Shown: positions 62,737 through 64,000 of the stretch, piece by piece | Layout: every line of letters begins with the position of its first letter | How positions within the stretch are numbered: position 1 is the first letter of the stretch | Assembly: GCF_963921235.1 (NCBI RefSeq) | Contig: NC_086109.1 | Span: 32,180,001-32,244,000 of the forward strand | DNA length: 64,000 nucleotides | Direction of reading: 5' to 3' | Source of the DNA: Mobula hypostoma | Taxonomy: Eukaryota | Program-made: the position numbers and the translations under genes | Notes under the pieces: generated by a model | The model's input: the letters and a program-made list of their open reading frames with translations, nothing else | Databases searched by the model: none | What the model was told of the DNA's origin: nothing

Positions 62737-63050
62737 CAGTACTGTGCAAAAGTCTTAGGAACATATTATATATATAGTGAGGGTGCCTAAGACTTGTGCA
62801 CAGTACAACGTGGAGCAGAAAGCAAGTTTGTGAATCTGGCGGGAGCAAAGGACGTTGGCAGTGGTGAGGGTGGAATGCCACAGGAGGGCTGTGGGACGAG
62901 TGGCAAAGAGGGAAATTCAGGGATAGTGAGTGGCAATGGGTGCAGACACACACACTCAGCCCTGAGACACCAGGCAAGGTCCTTTGATTCCAAATAATTG
63001 GTTTATTGGTCATTACAAAATGTTTCTGGTGCTTTCCACTCCATAACTCA
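62737..63050 (+). mobile_element. Mini-MITE (62737-62806) fused to the same downstream sequence as at 5692-6075
   Basis: cagtactgtgcaaaagtcttagg..gcctaagacttgtgcacagtac followed by ggagcaga..tttgtgaatctggc.ggag..aaagga..ggtttattg. Confidence 0.7.
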
Positions 63051-64000
63051 TCATTAACAATGACAGCATTGGACAACAAGATACACACAATTCTGGGATT
63101 ATTGTTTGAAACACCAGTTACTTTAGAAGTTTAGAAATTAGCTATGCAGATTAACATTTTAATAGGCTGGCGGGTAAACTTTCCACTAATAAGAAGAAAA
63201 TTTGACCCAATATATCCAAAGTTAATAGTTTGATGCGAAAAATAACAAGGCTGTCTTTTCCTTCTGACTTGTGTGTTGTACAGTTTGATTTTAAACCAAC
63301 TTGGCTATCAAATAGAAATATTGCATCTTCTGAATTTGAGATCCAGGTTTAAGTAATAGAAAAGCGATTAGAGAGATAAATTTTCCTGAGTAGTACTGCA
63401 TAATCAAAAAATTATACATAAATCATGGTGTAAGAAAAATACAAATTATTACATTAACACTAAATCTGACTAACACTGTGAACTGAAAGCTAAATGCAGT
63501 ATGTTATCTTTAAGGGTATCAAATAAATTTTTTTAAATATCATTTTTATCTTTCTACTTTTGATATTCAATTACAATTATTCACCATTAGGTATATTATC
63601 CATAATTCTTCAAATGAGCTTTTTTTTACGAAAAGCATTTCCAATTGCAAAAAAATGTCTGTTTCAAGATTTACACCATGGATTTGTTTTCCATTCTATT
63701 TTTACAGTGTGGGTTTGACCATGTGGTACAAGTATATGAGATATATTTGGAATGTGGGGAGGTGTGCACAGAATTACAGAGACAATGGAATAGCATTTTC
63801 CTTGGCATTTCTCAATAACTCTTCATAATTCATTATATTCCAGGTTCTCCTGATGAAGTGATAACGAGGATGAAAAGAACAGATCTCTTGTGAAGAAACA
63901 AAAACAGAATTTGAATCAGTCAGCAGCCTGACAACATTGATGGCCACAGCAGTAGTTTGAGATGCTGGCAGCACTGTTTAGTTGTATTTACCCACAATAC

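Noticed and set aside
63700..64000. Candidate exon after tttttacag, and the minus 66-aa ORF
   Set aside because: The frames I translated close quickly with no recognisable protein or good donor site.

Overview
Eukaryotic, repeat-dominated, apparently intergenic or intronic DNA. The repeat landscape (CR1 and Rex1/Babar-type LINEs, V-SINEs, CORE-SINEs, GIY-YIG Penelope-like elements, Tc1 and Harbinger derivatives) suggests a vertebrate, most likely a cartilaginous fish; this is inference only. I found no host protein-coding exon I can support. The giant ORFs at 24.4-43 kb are stop-free reads of an ~18.3 kb C/T-rich ~29-bp minisatellite that apparently grew out of a LINE's own 3' sequence. Main observations: (1) the Penelope-like terminal repeats carry a minimal type I hammerhead ribozyme motif (CUGACGA...GAAAC GUC), intact at 21738-21773 (-) and 22655-22690 (+) and decayed elsewhere; (2) four Penelope-like insertions are fold-back palindromes with 13-15 bp target-site duplications, and two turn around inside the ribozyme core; (3) a 3.3-kb non-coding retroposon carrying a 30-bp tandem array sits three levels deep in nested LINEs. 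Boundaries were read by eye and are approximate unless a TSD or TIR is cited.
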